64,000 nt of DNA, from NCBI GenBank assembly GCA_964016885.1, contig OZ024744.1, forward strand, positions 48,546,001 through 48,610,000, written 5' to 3'. How positions within the stretch are numbered: position 1 is the first letter of the stretch; each line of letters begins with the position of its first letter. The DNA is from Eledone cirrhosa. Its lineage: Eukaryota. Position numbers and translations under genes: made by a program. Positions 59,239 to 64,000 of this stretch are shown here, piece by piece. A model generated the notes under the pieces. It worked only from the letters and a program-made list of their open reading frames with translations. It was not told where the DNA came from and did no database searches.

Positions 59239-59885
59239 TACATATATATATACATATATACATACATATATACATACATACATACATACATATATATATA
59301 CATATATATATACATATATATATACATATATATATACATATATATATGCATACATATATACATACATACATATATATATGCATACATATATACATACATA
59401 TATACATACATATATATATACATTTATATATACATTTATATATACATTTATATATACATATATATATACATTTATATATACATATATATATACATATATA
59501 TATACATATATATATACATATATATATATACATATATATATACATATATATATATATACATATATATATACATATATATATATACATATATATATACATA
59601 TATATATATATACATATATATATACATATATATATACATATATATATACACACATATATACATATATATATACATATATATATACACACATATATATACA
59701 TATATATATATATACATATATATATACATATATATATACACACATATATATATACATATATATATATATACATATATATATACATATATATATACACACA
59801 TATATATACATATATATATATATACATATATACATATATATATATACATATATATATATATACATATATACATATATATATATAC

Positions 59886-59928
<43 letters not shown>

Positions 59929-59951
59929 TATATACATATATATATACATAA

Positions 59952-60000
<49 letters not shown>

Positions 60001-60023
60001 TATATACATATATATATACATAA

Positions 60024-60076
<53 letters not shown>

Positions 60077-60186
60077 CATATATATATATATACATAAATA
60101 TATATATATACATATATATACATAAATACATATATATATACATACAATATTAAATAAATGGAAAACTATATTTATAAAACCATATT

Positions 60187-60252
60187 TATTTCATTATATA
60201 TATTTCGGGGATATCATATTAACAATATGCTATGCCTTCATCAGACAAAATA
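60187..60252 (-). ncRNA. Type I hammerhead ribozyme
   Basis: TATTTTGT-CTGATGA-AGGCATAGCATATT(GTT)AATATGATATCCCC-GAAA-TATATATA^ATGAAATA. Confidence 0.8.
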
Positions 60253-60348
60253 CAATATAAACAGTTTTATAGATAAATATATTCGACATACCGTAATAAA
60301 CATCAACTTCATTTGAAGAGGTTCACTCTAGCAGTCATATATATATAC

Positions 60349-60379
<31 letters not shown>

Positions 60380-60394
60380 CATATATATATATAC

Positions 60395-60461
<67 letters not shown>

Positions 60462-60740
60462 CATATATATATATACATATATATATATACATATATATAT
60501 ATACATATATATATATATACATACATATATATATATACATATATATATACATATATATATATATACATATATATACATACATATATATATATACATATAT
60601 ATATATATACATATATATACATATATATACATATATATATATACATATATATATACATATATATATATATATACATATATACATATATATACATATATAT
60701 ATATACATATATATACATATATATATATACATATATATAC

Positions 60741-60787
<47 letters not shown>

Positions 60788-60966
60788 CTTATATATATAT
60801 GTATATATATGTATATATATGTATATATGTATATATATGTATATATATATGTATACATATATATATATATATGTATACATATATATATATACATATATAT
60901 GTATACATATATATATATATATACATATATATATACATATATATATATATACATATATATATATAC

Positions 60967-60997
<31 letters not shown>

Positions 60998-61028
60998 CAT
61001 ATATATATATACATATATATATATATAC

Positions 61029-61059
<31 letters not shown>

Positions 61060-61630
61060 CATATATATATACATATATATATATATACATATATATACAT
61101 ATATATACATATATATATATATATACATATATATACATATATATACATATATATATACATATATATATACATATATATATACATATATATATACATATAC
61201 ATATATATATATATATATATACATATATACATATACATATATATATACATATATACATATACGCGCGTGTATATATATATATATAATAATAATAATATAT
61301 ATATATATATATATATGAGAGAGACAGAGGGAGAGAAAGAGAACGAGAGAACGAGAGAGGGGGGGTGAATATGGTGGTGATGATGATGTTGATTGTTATG
61401 AAGTAGATTAAAGGTTTTATAAGTAGAGCTAAGACCACTACCCTTATTGTAAGAAAGTAGCGATTTATTACAAGCATATAAGGTAATGTCAGGTACCAAG
61501 CCTCATGTAATGGTACCAGTAGATCCATAACTGACCATCTGGACATTTTCCTCCCCTCCCGAGGCCACATATGTATTAATTATATATATGTGTGTGTGTG
61601 TGTGCGCGTGTGTGCGTGCATGTGTGTTTT

Positions 61631-61666
<36 letters not shown>

Positions 61667-62220
61667 ATATATATATATGCCTATGTATGTATGTATATAT
61701 CTATGTATGCAAGTATGCATGTATATATACATGTATGCATATATATATATATTATATATATATATAAGTTCTTTTGAAAGCAGATTATAATCCTTTTTGT
61801 TGTTGTTGTGGTAGTGTATAATCTGTTTGATCCAAGATGAAAAGGGTTAGTGGCTACACACACACTCACACACACACACACACACACAATGAAAGAACCA
61901 AGGTTAACAACTTAAACCCATTCTCTAATTTCTACGTACGTTTCTATACAGGTGACAATGGTACATACATATGTAAACAATAAGTTAATCAGAAACAGTT
62001 AATTAGTAATTATTTACACAAAACATCATACATATAACATCCGCATATCATCAGGAGTTATAAAAAGAGATTAAGTTTAACCAAATACAAATTATAAGAA
62101 GAGGCGTAATATCCAATGTTGCACATTGGCAGCATATAACGAATACGGTGGAAAGTTGTAAGATATTGTGTTTATAGTTTGAGGTAGAAGGCATTACTTC
62201 ATCATTATTAATAATACTAA

Positions 62221-62415
62221 AGGGCGGTGGATTGGCAGTATCGGTAGAGGGTCGGACGTCATGCTTTGACGCATAGAGTTACGGCCCTTGGCATTCTGAG
62301 TTCAAATCCCGCCGAGGTTAACTTTGCCTTTCATCCTTATGGGGTCGATAAAATAAAGTACCAGTAATGCACTGAGTAATTGCTGGCCTTGTGCCAAAAG
62401 TAGAAACAATTATTA
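62221..62415 (+). mobile_element. SINE family A, full length (another copy at 62928-63108)
   Basis: A-box-like TGGCAGTATCGG, B-box-like GTTCAAATCC, core, and tail AGAAACAATTATTAAT. Confidence 0.85.
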
Positions 62416-63118
62416 ATAATACTATTATTATTTCTTGTAATTCTTACAAGAATATTCATAAATAATATACATAGAGAGAAGTGTGAAAAGCAGGAAGCGA
62501 ATCAAAGTTATTTCAGAGGACGCGGTAATAATTAGTTTTTGCGTATTCTCGGATCTTGAATAATCCCCACTAATTAATTTTTCTGAGCACCCCCTGACCC
62601 TGCATATTAAATTTTGCTAATTTACCTCCGGCGAAAATTTATTTTAAGTGGTAGCATTCCCGCGACAATTAATTTTCTTTATAGATTAAAAAAACATTAT
62701 ATACGGAAAAAACAGTACATTACTAGAAATCCCATAGGTTATAAAATAAATAGGATGGGTTGGGGTCTCAATATGAAAACTAATCGACTAATTCTGGGGT
62801 TTTTTTAATTAACGGAGAGAACCTAGAAAAATTAGCGATATCCAACACCCGCTTATTCCCATACCCCTATTATTTGGGACCCGAGTGTAAATGGATATAT
62901 ATGTAGGAAACATACTTAATTAGTATAAGGGTCGTGGATTGGCAGTATCAGTAGAGGGTAGACGCCATGCTTTGCAGCATTGAGTTATGGCTCTTTACGG
63001 TCAGAGTTCAAATCCCACCGAGGTTAACTTTGCCTTTCGTGCTTACGGGGTCGATAAAATAAAGTACCAGTAGTGCTAGCCTTGTGCCAATAGTAGAAAC
63101 AATTATTAATACTAGTCC

Positions 63119-63158
<40 letters not shown>

Positions 63159-63465
63159 AGAGAACACAGGCATTGCATGGACATTAAGCAACTTGTTACA
63201 TAACTTCCGAATATATACTACCCTAAGTATTGAGTTCTCTGGTGCGTTATGGTCCATCTGGTTCCTTACCACACTTCATTCGTTATAGAGAGAGAGAGAG
63301 AGAGAGAGAGAGATGTTGACTAATCGGGGTTGCGTACGCAACGCACCAGTCATTGAATAATGACGTAATTCTTTTAAGCACTCAACGTCATGTATTTTCT
63401 TCTAAATATAATTTGTCAGTCAGTGACGAACTATATGTAGCGTAAGGAAAATGCGAAGTTCGGTG

Positions 63466-63828
63466 TAGAAGTTAAAAAGTCTTTTAGTAACAAAGCTGTG
63501 ATACATATTTCAATGGCAATCGTAGCTACGTGAATGTTCAATCATATAAACCGTCGCGCGATTTCATCAGACAGCCTCTTATGTAATAAGATAACGTTTC
63601 TGAGGCAATCCAACGTAAAGACAAGGGAACGAACAGCAACGATTTTTTTCATATCCGAAGTCCGTTCTCCTGTCTTTAGATTGGATTGCCTCAGAATCGT
63701 AATCTTAATACATAAGATGTTGTCTGATGATATCGCGTGACGGTTTATATGATTGAACATTCACGTAGCTACGATTGCCATTGAAATATGTATCACAGCT
63801 TTGTTAATAAAGTACTTTTTAACATCTA
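63466..63828. mobile_element. ~360-bp fold-back with an HHR motif on each strand
   Basis: Plus 63719-63799: GTTGT-CTGATGA-[52 nt]-GAAA-TATGTATC^ACAGC. Minus 63495-63575: GCTGT-CTGATGA...^ACAGC. Confidence 0.8.
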
Positions 63829-63830
63829 AC

Positions 63831-63930
<100 letters not shown>

Positions 63931-64000
63931 GAACATATGCATTGCATGGACATTAGGCAACTTGTCATATAACTTCCAGGAGTCCCAGAAACTTATCGGA

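Noticed and set aside
62221-62320. tRNA gene
   Set aside because: A/B-box-like head of a multi-copy SINE; no complete cloverleaf.

Overview
Repeat-saturated, AT-rich animal DNA. The SINE families and extreme (TA)n/(CA)n load resemble an octopod cephalopod genome (inference). No intact host gene is supportable, and almost all ORF-track entries are microsatellite artefacts. Recognisable content: a Penelope-like element (PLE) relic with Cys-linker and GIY-YIG endonuclease, RTE, CR1/L2-like and RNase H LINE relics, Helitrons, Tc1/pogo-type MITEs, two SINE families and a (GGT)n-ATTACCTAGT minisatellite. The main signal is about 20 type I hammerhead ribozyme (HHR) motifs, intact or decayed, from roughly 10 sequence families. 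They sit in short non-coding modules, mostly beside (TA)n tracts. Many modules are fold-back palindromes, several with the axis or inversion junction in HHR stem II. One forms a ~318-bp tandem unit resembling a retrozyme. All folds were read by eye and need computational and biochemical confirmation.
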